Source of the DNA: a candidate division WOR-3 bacterium
GTDB lineage: Bacteria > Hydrothermota > Tepidihabitantia > Tepidihabitantales > Tepidihabitantaceae
Direction of reading: 5' to 3'
NCBI GenBank assembly: GCA_037441285.1
Contig: JBBISL010000013.1
Location: 1,286-47,375, forward strand
DNA length: 46,090 bases
In this document: piece after piece, positions 27,526-36,842 of the stretch
Layout of the letters: every line of letters begins with the position of its first letter
How positions within the stretch are numbered: the first letter of the stretch is position 1
Program-made: the position numbers and the translations under genes
The notes under the pieces: generated by a model
The model's database searches: none
What the model was told of the DNA's origin: nothing
What the model saw: the letters and a program-made list of their open reading frames with translations, nothing else

Positions 27526-28365
27526 CTATACACCGCGCACTTTGCGGCGGAACTGCCGCGCCTCCCACTCATCGGTTGCGAGGTGGTTTACGAACTGGTC
27601 GAGGCCATTGTTACGGAGCCAGTAGTTGCCGTTGCCGATGACAATCAAGCCGCGGCGCACCCAGTTGTAGATGGTGGATTCGTCTTTGGTAAGCTGGACA
27701 TAGGTGCGGAAGTCGTCAACCGGTTTCATCGTGTCCGGGTCGAGGACAAAGGCGATTAAGACAAGCGGAAAGGTTTTGATGACGATTTTGAAACTGGGCG
27801 GAAAGTCGCCTTTTGCCGGCAGGACTTCCAGCCCGACGATGTTGTCGGTTCGCAGTAATCGGTCAAGATTAAACTCCGGGGTAAAGCCCAGGCGATTGCC
27901 GATGACCCCGATGCCGACATTCTGCAGTTCGATGTTCTTTTCACCCGGCTTCATCAGACGCATCATCCGGATTTTGAAGAAGGCGGATTTCTGGATGGAG
28001 AGGAGTTCCCGGAAGATGCAGTAGGTCATAATCGAAGCGACCCCCTTGCGCCGAAAGCCCTCTTTAACCGCGATGTCCCAGAGAATGACACCAAGGCCGG
28101 GTGGGTCGCGTTCGATGTATGCCCGGCCAATCTGCTGGCCATCAAGGTCGGCATAAATACTTGCTTTGTTGGGCAGGATTTCGGTGGTGAGTTCCAGCTG
28201 TTTTCCGCTGAGGGGACCTTCCCGAATCAGGATGTGGTTGTAGTCAAGCCAGTCAAAGCGCGGTCCAATCCGGCCCGGGTTCCAGACGAACGGTTTTTCC
28301 CGGATAAATGCCCGGCGAAACAGGTCAGTTAAAGAGCGAATTATGGGCAGTTCGGTTAATCCCAT
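27526..28365 (-). CDS. GNAT-fold protein
   Basis: LWDIAVKEGFRRKGVAS acetyl-CoA-binding motif A. Confidence 0.7.
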   Translation of the reverse strand: MGLTELPIIRSLTDLFRRAFIREKPFVWNPGRIGPRFDWLDYNHILIREGPLSGKQLELTTEILPNKASIYADLDGQQIGRAYIERDPPGLGVILWDIAVKEGFRRKGVASIMTYCIFRELLSIQKSAFFKIRMMRLMKPGEKNIELQNVGIGVIGNRLGFTPEFNLDRLLRTDNIVGLEVLPAKGDFPPSFKIVIKTFPLVLIAFVLDPDTMKPVDDFRTYVQLTKDESTIYNWVRRGLIVIGNGNYWLRNNGLDQFVNHLATDEWEARQFRRKVRGV

Positions 28366-28368
28366 TGG

Positions 28369-30078
28369 TTACCTCAACAGGTTCGGATTTAAGGCGATTG
28401 CCTGTTCCAACGCCTGGACCGCCTTTTCTTTTTGGCCTTTGTCCCGGTAGGCGATGCCGAGATTGTACCAGGCACCAGCATGTTTCGGGTTCAGTTTGAC
28501 CGCCTTCTGGTAAAATTGAATGGCGTTGTCGAGGTCTTTCAGTTCGTAATAGGCACGACCGAGGTTGTAGTAAGCGGCAACATGGTTGGGGTCGTGCTTT
28601 AAGACCTCGCGATAGTATTTGAGCGCCTCTTTGGGCTGGGAGCGTGCCAGCGCCAGGTTGCCCAGGGCAAGGTAGGCGGTGGTGTAGTCGGGTTTTAGTT
28701 CGGTTGCCATCTGAAAGGCGGCGGCAGCCTGGTCGAACATCTCGAGTTTTTCGTAGGCAAGGCCCATATTGTACCAGGCTTCCGGGAATTTCGGGCTGAA
28801 CTGAATCGCCTTTTTGTAGGAAGCCACCGCCTGACGCCACTGGTTTGCCATCGCATAGGCGTTGCCCAGGATGTGGTGTACGGTTGGTGAGTTGGGTGTT
28901 TGTTTGAGTGCTTGCTGGAGTGCAACGATCGCTTTGTCGGGCAGGTTTTTACGCAGATAGCAGACCGCGATGTCGGTGTAGGTTTCAGTCGAATCGGGGA
29001 TGAGTTCGAGGACCTTTTCGTAGTTATCAATCGCCTTGTCCCAATAGGTCTGGGTGAAGTAGGCGTTAGCGAGGCTGGCGTAAATCAGGGCGATGAGGTC
29101 GGAGACCTGAAGCCGTTTACCGCTGACGATGGGCGTAAAGGAGAGCGGCGCCGGTTCGGCCGAGTCCCAGTAAACGCTCCGGGTGTCAATCAGCGTTTCC
29201 AGGCACAGTTTATTGGATTCGTAGAGGTAGCGGACTTCAAAGCCCAGCTTACCGATGATAATGCTGTCAAGGATGGTAACGCCGAGGATGTTGCCGACAC
29301 TGGGGCGGTTGGACAGGTAGGCGTCGATGATTTTGGTGAGGAGAAATCCGGTTGGGGCGATGCGATTGGGTTTGAGTTTCCAGAGTTGTTCCCGGACCGC
29401 GAGAAGGAGTCGAAACTGAGGTTCAAAGCCGGCACGGCGGCCATTGAGGGTAACCATATCAAGCATCTGGAGAACTTCCGGGGCAGATACAATGCGCTGG
29501 AAAAGGGTGTCAAGCCGCTGTCCATACTTCTCAAATTCGGCTCGGGCGCGCAGGCCGGCGACGATAAACATGCCGTAGGCAAGAGCGGTTGCCGCGCCCA
29601 GTTCCTGGGTGATGAGGTCGACCGCGTGAAGGAGGGTCGCGGTAGAGTCGGCAATCTGACGGGGCTGAACCGCGGGACAGGAGTGGATTTCACCAAAGCG
29701 GCGGGCTTCGGAGGATGGTAATATCCCCAGGGCACGCTGGACAAGTTCCTCCCGTTTTTCCGCGCTGATTTCAACCTCGTGGAGTTGCTCGGCAATAAGC
29801 AGCGCTTCGGCATAGGAGCGGTGGAGTTCAAGTTCCCGCTGCAGCGGGTTTAACTCTTCAAATTTTACGGTGTTGAGAAGATGCGGTGCGAGGTTTGGGT
29901 TGGTTTGATAAAGTTCGTAATGGCGATTTGTCTCGCCGGCGCGCCAGGCGGTCAAGCGCGAAGGATGATAGGCGGGCAGACATTCCGGATAACGGACAAC
30001 ACTTCTTTTCAGCAGGAAGTCAACCGCCTGGATTGCTTCCTTCAGGAGTTGAGGTGTAACCGCAGTATCTTTCCGCAT
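28369..30078 (-). CDS. TPR protein with degenerate transglutaminase-like (SirB1-type) middle domain
   Basis: About 7 C-terminal TPRs (AWYNLG, KAI.L.P); FLL..I.....GNILG...GKLGF segment. Start at ATG 30078 preferred. Confidence 0.8.
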   Translation of the reverse strand: MRKDTAVTPQLLKEAIQAVDFLLKRSVVRYPECLPAYHPSRLTAWRAGETNRHYELYQTNPNLAPHLLNTVKFEELNPLQRELELHRSYAEALLIAEQLHEVEISAEKREELVQRALGILPSSEARRFGEIHSCPAVQPRQIADSTATLLHAVDLITQELGAATALAYGMFIVAGLRARAEFEKYGQRLDTLFQRIVSAPEVLQMLDMVTLNGRRAGFEPQFRLLLAVREQLWKLKPNRIAPTGFLLTKIIDAYLSNRPSVGNILGVTILDSIIIGKLGFEVRYLYESNKLCLETLIDTRSVYWDSAEPAPLSFTPIVSGKRLQVSDLIALIYASLANAYFTQTYWDKAIDNYEKVLELIPDSTETYTDIAVCYLRKNLPDKAIVALQQALKQTPNSPTVHHILGNAYAMANQWRQAVASYKKAIQFSPKFPEAWYNMGLAYEKLEMFDQAAAAFQMATELKPDYTTAYLALGNLALARSQPKEALKYYREVLKHDPNHVAAYYNLGRAYYELKDLDNAIQFYQKAVKLNPKHAGAWYNLGIAYRDKGQKEKAVQALEQAIALNPNLLR

Positions 30079-30183
30079 CTGTTTAATCGTCAAATGCGCC
30101 AAACTTAAATATAAATATACCAATTAACATTGGAATGGTCAAGTAAATCGGGCAAAGCGATGATAATTTTGCCAATTAATCGG

Positions 30184-31506
30184 TTAGATGAGAGTCCGGA
30201 TAAAGTCAAAAAGAAACGGGATGTTGGTCTGGATGCCGCTGATTGTGGTTTCGGTAAGGGCGCGGGCGAGCCGGTTGATGGTGACGGTGGCATCAGGTCC
30301 CCAGGCGGAGATGGTGCCGAGGGCGTAATCGTAGTGCGGAGTGACCTGAGTACCGGGAATGATGTCGGTGTCAAGCCGGATATTGGGACCACCGGGCACA
30401 CGGATGTTGGTAACTGTTCCGGGCGATGGTTCAAACTCGGCGTCGGGATTTTCGGCAAACAGCTGGCTGGTGATGATAAAGTCGGAGATGGGAAGGGCCG
30501 GTGAGTTAATTGCCTGGTCAGATTCGGTTGTTTGCGGAGGGGTGGTGAGAAGCTGGGTCTGGATGAGGTCGATTCCATAGCGAATCTCAATCGCCGGGTG
30601 AAACTCGGTAAGATGGGGGGTGAAACGGTAGAAGTAGGCATGACCGGTCTTGTCGAGGAGAAAATGGACGGTACCGACACCTCGCCAGTTTAGTGCCTCT
30701 AAGACCTTTTCGGCCCAGTTGAACAGTTGCCGACGCCGGGCTGGTTTGAGTCCAGGAGATGGGGAGCAGGCGATAACTTTTTTACTGTGGTGTTCAATTA
30801 TCTCCCGGTCGTCAAAGAGGAGGGTTTGTTTCGGGCGGTCAATGGCAACCTGAACTTCAATCAGGCGGGCATCCGGTATCAGCCGCTCAATGTAAACCTC
30901 GGCGGAAGCGATACTACCGCTCGTATCGCTCTCGTAATCGGCGCGAATTTCTGCCTGACACATCCGGACCTGCGTTTCGATGTCTTTCTCTTTGTTGATG
31001 ACCCGGGTCCGGTGAACATACTCTGCCACCGGTCTTACCACAACCGGCAGACCAAGTTGCCGGCAGATGGGAATCGCATCCGGCGGGGTTTTGAGCGGTT
31101 CATCACTGCCGGGAACAACCGGGACACCGGCGCCGGCGATGCGGTTGCGCAGTTCCAACCGGGAGCTTAAAAGACGCATCAGGTCCGGTGGCGCTCCAAT
31201 CCAGATGAGGCCGGTGCTCTGTGCGGCGTCGGCAAACTCGGCATTGGTGGCAAGGAAGTTCCATCCCGGGTGGACGGCATTACACCGGGTAATTTCCGCG
31301 GCGGAGAGGATTCGGGAGATGTTTAAATAACTGTCGCGGGGGTCGGGCTTGCCAATGCACACCGCCTCGTCCGCAAGGAGTACGGGCAAAGAGTCCCGGT
31401 CCGCTTCGGAGTAAACCACAACCGTTTTGATTCCCAGTTCCCGGCAGGTGCGGATGATGCGCAATGCCGGGTTGCCCCGGTTAGCAACGAGCAGTTTTTC
31501 AATCAC
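30184..31506 (-). CDS. Biotin carboxylase (AccC) homolog with degenerate active site
   Basis: KLLVANRG, YSEADRDSL, DSYLNI, HPG, AENP..F.PSPG, PGGPNIRLD, GIQTNIPF; full length of 440 aa. Confidence 0.85.
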   Translation of the reverse strand: MIEKLLVANRGNPALRIIRTCRELGIKTVVVYSEADRDSLPVLLADEAVCIGKPDPRDSYLNISRILSAAEITRCNAVHPGWNFLATNAEFADAAQSTGLIWIGAPPDLMRLLSSRLELRNRIAGAGVPVVPGSDEPLKTPPDAIPICRQLGLPVVVRPVAEYVHRTRVINKEKDIETQVRMCQAEIRADYESDTSGSIASAEVYIERLIPDARLIEVQVAIDRPKQTLLFDDREIIEHHSKKVIACSPSPGLKPARRRQLFNWAEKVLEALNWRGVGTVHFLLDKTGHAYFYRFTPHLTEFHPAIEIRYGIDLIQTQLLTTPPQTTESDQAINSPALPISDFIITSQLFAENPDAEFEPSPGTVTNIRVPGGPNIRLDTDIIPGTQVTPHYDYALGTISAWGPDATVTINRLARALTETTISGIQTNIPFLFDFIRTLI

Positions 31507-31509
31507 ACC

Positions 31510-32067
31510 CTATGCCCGCTCAACATAGGTGTTGGTGCGGGTGTCAATCTTAACCCGGTCGCCCACCTTGATGAAAAACGGGACATCAACCACCAGACCG
31601 GTACTGAGCCGCGCCGGTTTACCGCCGCCGGTCGCGGTATCGCCCCGGTAGTTCGGTTCGGTGTCAACAACCTCAAGGACGATGAACAGGGGCGGATTGA
31701 TGAGCATCGGGACGCCGTCAATATAGCCAATCTCCACCTCAAGACCCTCGGTGAGATAGAAAACCTTGTCGCCCAGCACCTCTTTTTTAATTGGAAACTG
31801 CTCATAGGTTTCGAGGTCCATAAAGTGATACCCGGAATCGTCGGCATAGAGGAACTGGCCCCGACGCCGTTCCATTTCAACCGTTTCCAGTTTGATTTCG
31901 GACTCAAAACTTTCCTCAATCGTGGCGCCGGTGCGGATGTTACGGATTTTCGTCAACACCCGTGCCCGACGCTGGGCGGTTCGGGTCCGCTGGTATGAGA
32001 GGACCTCATAGATTTCATTGTTATAGCGGATTAAAAGACCGGCACGAAATTCGTTTGGTGTTACCAT
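31510..32067 (-). CDS. efp: Elongation factor P
   Basis: FMDLETYEQ, RGDTATGGGKPA.L.TG..V.VP.FI..GD...IDTR..TY..RA. Confidence 0.95.
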   Translation of the reverse strand: MVTPNEFRAGLLIRYNNEIYEVLSYQRTRTAQRRARVLTKIRNIRTGATIEESFESEIKLETVEMERRRGQFLYADDSGYHFMDLETYEQFPIKKEVLGDKVFYLTEGLEVEIGYIDGVPMLINPPLFIVLEVVDTEPNYRGDTATGGGKPARLSTGLVVDVPFFIKVGDRVKIDTRTNTYVERA

Positions 32068-32161
32068 ACTACATCACTCCTTCTAAATAGTTTGTAAGCG
32101 AAATAGTACGGAAGCGCGGTAGTTAGGTTGCAACGCTTCCTGTCTTCTTTGTTTCTGTTCC

Positions 32162-33220
32162 TCATAGGATTATAAGCCTCTTTGGTGCTTGGGTGAGATT
32201 GATAAACCCTTTTCGGGTGACATAAACCATATCCTCAATTCGCACTCCACCTTTACCCGGGAGATAAACACCGGGCTCAACCGTTACCACATCGCCCGCC
32301 TCAAGGGTCTGGCTACTGGTTTTTGCCAGCCTGGGCTCCTCGTGGACTTCAAGCCCGACCCCATGGCCTAAACTGTGGCCAAAAAATTTGCCCAGCTCGA
32401 TGCGATTAAGATAATCCCGAGCGGCAAGGTCAACCAGTTTACAGGGCACACCGGGTTTAATCACCGCCAGGGCTTCCTGCTGGGCGTTAAGGACCGCATC
32501 GTAAACCTGGCGCAGTTCATCACTCGGTTTGCCCAAAAACACGGTGCGGGTCATATCCGAGCAGTAGCCGTTAATCCGGCAGCCGATGTCAAAGGTGATA
32601 CAGTCACCCTTTTTCAGCCGGCGGTTACCAGCGCGGGCATGAGGTTTTGCGGCATTTGCGCCCGATGCGACAATGACCCCAAATGCCGGTTCCCCAATCC
32701 GCCGGAATTGGAACTCAATCTCCAGACCCAAATCTTTTTCGGTGACGCCCGGTTTTATCAATTTCAACACCCGGGCAAAGGCTTGTTCTGTAACCTCTTG
32801 GGCTTTTTTAATCAGGGCGATTTCTTGTGGGCTCTTTTTCCGGCGCAACTGCAAAACCAAATCCTCGGAGGGGACGAGTTTTGTCTTCTTTATCTGCTGA
32901 CGGAGCAGTTCGAACCGGGCAAGCGTCAGATGGTTCTTTTCCACGCCGAGGCGCCGGACGCCTTTTAATTCGTCGATTGGGAAAGCGGCGTAAAGGTCTC
33001 GTTCCAGTACCTTTCGGGCACAGCCTTTGACCTCGGTTTTGACCTGCTCCTGATACCGGAAGTCGGTAAAGAAGGTTGCTCGGGAACGGGTGACAAGCAT
33101 CATCCCGTTGGAGCCGGTAAAGCCGCAGAGATAACGGATGTTGGTCAGACTGCTGACAAGATAACCATCCAGCCGTTTTCCCGCCAGCGCTTTTTGCAGG
33201 GCACGAATTCTTGTTACCAT
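32162..33220 (-). CDS. Xaa-Pro aminopeptidase (M24 family)
   Basis: GYCSDMTRT, HSLGHGVGLEVHE, TVEPGVY, GVRIED. Confidence 0.93.
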   Translation of the reverse strand: MVTRIRALQKALAGKRLDGYLVSSLTNIRYLCGFTGSNGMMLVTRSRATFFTDFRYQEQVKTEVKGCARKVLERDLYAAFPIDELKGVRRLGVEKNHLTLARFELLRQQIKKTKLVPSEDLVLQLRRKKSPQEIALIKKAQEVTEQAFARVLKLIKPGVTEKDLGLEIEFQFRRIGEPAFGVIVASGANAAKPHARAGNRRLKKGDCITFDIGCRINGYCSDMTRTVFLGKPSDELRQVYDAVLNAQQEALAVIKPGVPCKLVDLAARDYLNRIELGKFFGHSLGHGVGLEVHEEPRLAKTSSQTLEAGDVVTVEPGVYLPGKGGVRIEDMVYVTRKGFINLTQAPKRLIIL

Positions 33221-33782
33221 AGTTGGGAGATTTTAAGGGATGGAGTGGAGGTGTCAAGAAACCGCCATTCCTCAAATGACAGAAGGAAGAGCCGGGTGTT
33301 ATGCAAGGGCGAAAAAACCTTTACTCGTTCAAGGCCTTATCGCAGGCAAGATATCCCCAATGAATAGGGTCCTGAAATTGACTGAGATTGATGGGGATGG
33401 GAAAGTGTACGCTGGTAAAATTTATTCCATAATATAGTAAGGCTTTCTAAGAAAAAGGCGGATAGAACAATGCTTAAACTCTGTTAGTTAAAGTTTGACT
33501 TGTAAAGTGGACAGCACGACCCTTGTCCTATAGCACAAATCTGCCCTATTTGACCGGACCGGCAAGGATATAGCCAGCCTGATGGGGTGAGACGCGTAAA
33601 AGGGTGCGGACGCCCTCATTGATGATGGTGTTGCCCTCTCATTCAAGGTAGTTCTCAATCGCCCTCTCGGGATAGGTCAGTAGGAGGATAATTTTTGATT
33701 CTTTGAATCTATCAAAGACAGATAGGAACCAATTTCAGAATTACGACCCCTCAACTTACCCGCAATTTGGGCAAGTTATCAC

Positions 33783-36278
33783 TTAAGGATTAATTTGACT
33801 TAAGAGATAAGGAATCTCGGGATCAAAAGGGTTTATTCTAAGCGCTTGTTCATACTGTTTTTTTGCCTCGGCGAAGCGATTACTCATTTTGTAGATGATG
33901 CCTTGGATTTTGTATTCTTCTGATAGATGAAAGAGTTGGATTTTACCTCTCACCAGGGTGTCAGGTAAGTTTTTTATTGACGGCAAAACCGAACTTCGAA
34001 AATGAAGAAGGGTGCTCGAGTTCTCTAACCAAGTCTCCGTTGATCGACTTCTGGCGCTGGAAAATTCAATTCTTGGTTGGTCATCAAAAAATAGTCCAGC
34101 GCCAGTTGTAAATTTTGCAATAGAAGATTTATCAAGAAAGAAGCAACTTAAAAAATTATAAGGTGTGCTTAAATTAACCTCATTTAGGTCATTTTGATAT
34201 TGTGCTTGGACAAGCCGCGAAGATAGTAGTTCAAAGTTAATCTGTAAAGTCCCCCCCCTTCTGCCGACAAGAATTCCATGAGAGTGCCCTCGCCAAAGTG
34301 CACATTCAGGGAAAACCGTCCGGAATGTATTGACAATCGTGCGAAAGTCTTCCGGTGCAAGAAGATGGAACGGCATGTAGATAAGCATAAGTCCGCCATC
34401 AACCAATTTTGCCCTACAGAGTTTGAAAAACTCATAGGTGTAAAGCGCGCTACTTCCTAATACTGGATGGGTTGGGTCACAGGAAATGACCGAATACTGT
34501 TTATGGGAACGGAAAAGAAAGTTGCGGCCATCTTCGGCAATTAGTCTGACTTTTGGGTTGGAATAAACTTGGTGATTTACTCTCCGAAAAAATCTTGAAG
34601 CGTCAATCACAGCAGGTGTGATTTCCACACAATCAATCTGCCTTACTGGATATTGTGCCACAATTGCCGTTGTAACGCCGATCCCGTAGCCGATTATGCA
34701 AACATCCTTTGGAATTTCATCAAGATAGACAAATGGAAGCATCCCTAACAGGCGCACGGTCTTTAAGGAGGAATAAATTGAGCCACACACTGGTGAAGAG
34801 TTCACCCAAGTGTGGCGCACACCCCGCCAATCCTCAGCTGTTGTCACGGTTCCGGAACTCGATTCTTTGTAGAAAAGAACCCGATTTTCTTGCAGGTTTT
34901 GAGCAACATCGGTCGGCAGAATCCGGACCTGAGCCGGATTTGTCTTTAAGAAAATTAAAATTGCAACAACGCTAATTAAAGCACATATAAAAAACTTCTT
35001 TTGCCAGACTACCTTAGCAAGAATAACCGCTCCCATTGCTACTAAAATGTTAAGACTAGCATTAAGGATAGTAGTGCCGCTGGTGCCGAGAAGGGGAAGG
35101 AAGACAAAACAAGTCATGACCGACCCCAATATACCACCGATGGTATTGAATGCATAAAGAAGGCCAACATTCTTTCCAACCGAAGTGGAGTTAGCAATGC
35201 TCCGCGTAATCAGCGGTAGTGTTGCACCCATAAAAAGAGTCGGAATAACGACAGCACCAAAAATGAATATGCCTGTTATACTAATAAATGTAAGCCAAGT
35301 GCGGCCAAGGGGCATAAGTTTGGCGAGGATTTCCGGTGCCCTACCAAGAAACGCAAGAACTATAATTGCTGAGATCCCGATTCCGGCTTCAACTAATCCA
35401 AAACCTAAGAAAGGATGTTTTAGCTTATCTGTGAACTTAGTGGCAATTAAACTGCCCAAGGCCAGACCAAGTAAAAACGGAACAAGGATTAAGACAAAAG
35501 TATATGTTGTGTTTACAAGATAAGTGGCAAGGGCACGGTTCCAAATTACTTGATAAGAGAGCGCAGCAAAACCGGAGACCCCATAAAATAAAAACCCGAA
35601 AGCACCGTACCGAGGGCTAAAACTTTTTCTTGAAGTTGTCGGAGTCGCCTTTGGTATCGAAACGCTGACAGTTGAACCTTTTTTTGCGAGGACTAAACCC
35701 GGAATGAGATTTAAGGCGGCGATGAGCAAGACGGTTCGGTTTAACCCTAAATGTTCCAAAAACCAGAATCCAGCAACAAGGGCACCCAGCACCGAACCCA
35801 AGGTATTAAGAAAATAGAGAGTCCCAACTTTCTTGCCAAGTTCGGTATTGGTTTTTGTAATATACTGAACGAGGATAGGCAAAGTTCCGCCCCAGAACAT
35901 AGTTGGAATTAGGAGCAGAAAAAATGAAAGAGCAAAACGAATAACAAAAAACAGCGCATTAGCCTCGGTTATGCTCGGGGCAAGATAAACTTGAACTTTA
36001 CCGACCAGTGGGATAAGGATTGTTACAAGAACACTGGTGATGGAAAAGCCGAGAACCAGCAGGGCATAATTACGCAAAAGAGTTGGTGTCGGGCTTAACT
36101 TTCTGCTCCAGATATAACTACCCAGTGCCAATCCCCCCATAAATGAAGCAAGGACGGTGCTTGTCGCGTAAGAAGATGCTCCTAAGGTCAACGCGAGCAT
36201 TCGGCACCAAACGATTTCGACAGTTAGTCCGGCTACCCCAACCATGAAGAAGGAAATATAGATTAGAGTATTTAGCAC
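33783..36278 (-). CDS. Fused MFS-like membrane / spermidine synthase domain protein with C-terminal TPR
   Basis: Two TM repeats (FMGGLALGS, LYFLNTLGS, LYAFNTIG), IIGYGIGVT, EDGRNFL, LYTYEFF, final TPR. AT-rich sequence. Confidence 0.88.
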   Translation of the reverse strand: MLNTLIYISFFMVGVAGLTVEIVWCRMLALTLGASSYATSTVLASFMGGLALGSYIWSRKLSPTPTLLRNYALLVLGFSITSVLVTILIPLVGKVQVYLAPSITEANALFFVIRFALSFFLLLIPTMFWGGTLPILVQYITKTNTELGKKVGTLYFLNTLGSVLGALVAGFWFLEHLGLNRTVLLIAALNLIPGLVLAKKGSTVSVSIPKATPTTSRKSFSPRYGAFGFLFYGVSGFAALSYQVIWNRALATYLVNTTYTFVLILVPFLLGLALGSLIATKFTDKLKHPFLGFGLVEAGIGISAIIVLAFLGRAPEILAKLMPLGRTWLTFISITGIFIFGAVVIPTLFMGATLPLITRSIANSTSVGKNVGLLYAFNTIGGILGSVMTCFVFLPLLGTSGTTILNASLNILVAMGAVILAKVVWQKKFFICALISVVAILIFLKTNPAQVRILPTDVAQNLQENRVLFYKESSSGTVTTAEDWRGVRHTWVNSSPVCGSIYSSLKTVRLLGMLPFVYLDEIPKDVCIIGYGIGVTTAIVAQYPVRQIDCVEITPAVIDASRFFRRVNHQVYSNPKVRLIAEDGRNFLFRSHKQYSVISCDPTHPVLGSSALYTYEFFKLCRAKLVDGGLMLIYMPFHLLAPEDFRTIVNTFRTVFPECALWRGHSHGILVGRRGGTLQINFELLSSRLVQAQYQNDLNEVNLSTPYNFLSCFFLDKSSIAKFTTGAGLFFDDQPRIEFSSARSRSTETWLENSSTLLHFRSSVLPSIKNLPDTLVRGKIQLFHLSEEYKIQGIIYKMSNRFAEAKKQYEQALRINPFDPEIPYLLSQINP

Positions 36279-36668
36279 AATGGATATTTTATTTTGTCAA
36301 TTCCTAAAAGTCAAGAAATTGAGCTTGTTTTAATAAAACGTTACCTTTCTTTCCATCATAGTGTCTATGCGTTGAATAGATGTGCACAAGAAACAACGAG
36401 GGGATATCTGCCGTGCTTGGTACAGAAGAAACGGTTTCTCTTTTGTGGTCGCAGTGGTACAAGTAACGATAAACTCATCGGTTAACTTTTAAAGTGGAAG
36501 CGGGAATTTAGGCTAAAGATAAGCCGAACAAAAGGGCAAGTTTTTGATTTGGCGCCGGTTACTGTTGGTTGCGGTTGTTTTGCTTGGAGGCACAAATTGT
36601 GCATTTGAGATGTAGTGGTGTGAGTCGGGTGAGTGCATAAAAGCATAAAAGTGTGATATGAAAATTTT

Positions 36669-36742
36669 GGGCTGTCGTTGCGGCGACCAAACCGGTCAAC
36701 TTCCGCCCTTGAAGCTGCGTTATTCCGCACGATAGCCCACCA
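36669..36742 (+). other. Structured element, tRNA-like cloverleaf or long hairpin ending in ACCA
   Basis: GGGCTGTCG pairs with CGATAGCCC followed by ACCA; three internal 4-bp stems are possible. Confidence 0.35.
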
Positions 36743-36759
36743 TTTTGTTAGCGGATGAA

Positions 36760-36841
36760 GACGCCGGGGTTTCCATAGTTAACCACGGGATGGGCACGCG
36801 GCGCCAGCGCAGCCGATTACCGGGCTTTGGAACCCGGCGTC
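36760..36841. repeat. Long imperfect inverted repeat
   Basis: GACGCCGGGGTTTCCA ... TGGAACCCGGCGTC, directly after the operon's last stop codon. Confidence 0.6.
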
Positions 36842-36842
36842 G

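Noticed and set aside
33551..33690. Minus-strand frame LLTYPERAIENYLE-TGA-EGNTIINEG as a second selenoprotein
   Set aside because: No start/RBS, no Cys-type motif and no clear SECIS; more likely a decayed gene fragment.
36669..36841. SRP RNA, tmRNA, RNase P or tRNA-Sec
   Set aside because: No SRP CAGG/GGAA/AGCA domain, no tmRNA T-arm or tag, no RNase P GAGGAAAGUCC, no UCA anticodon or long variable arm.
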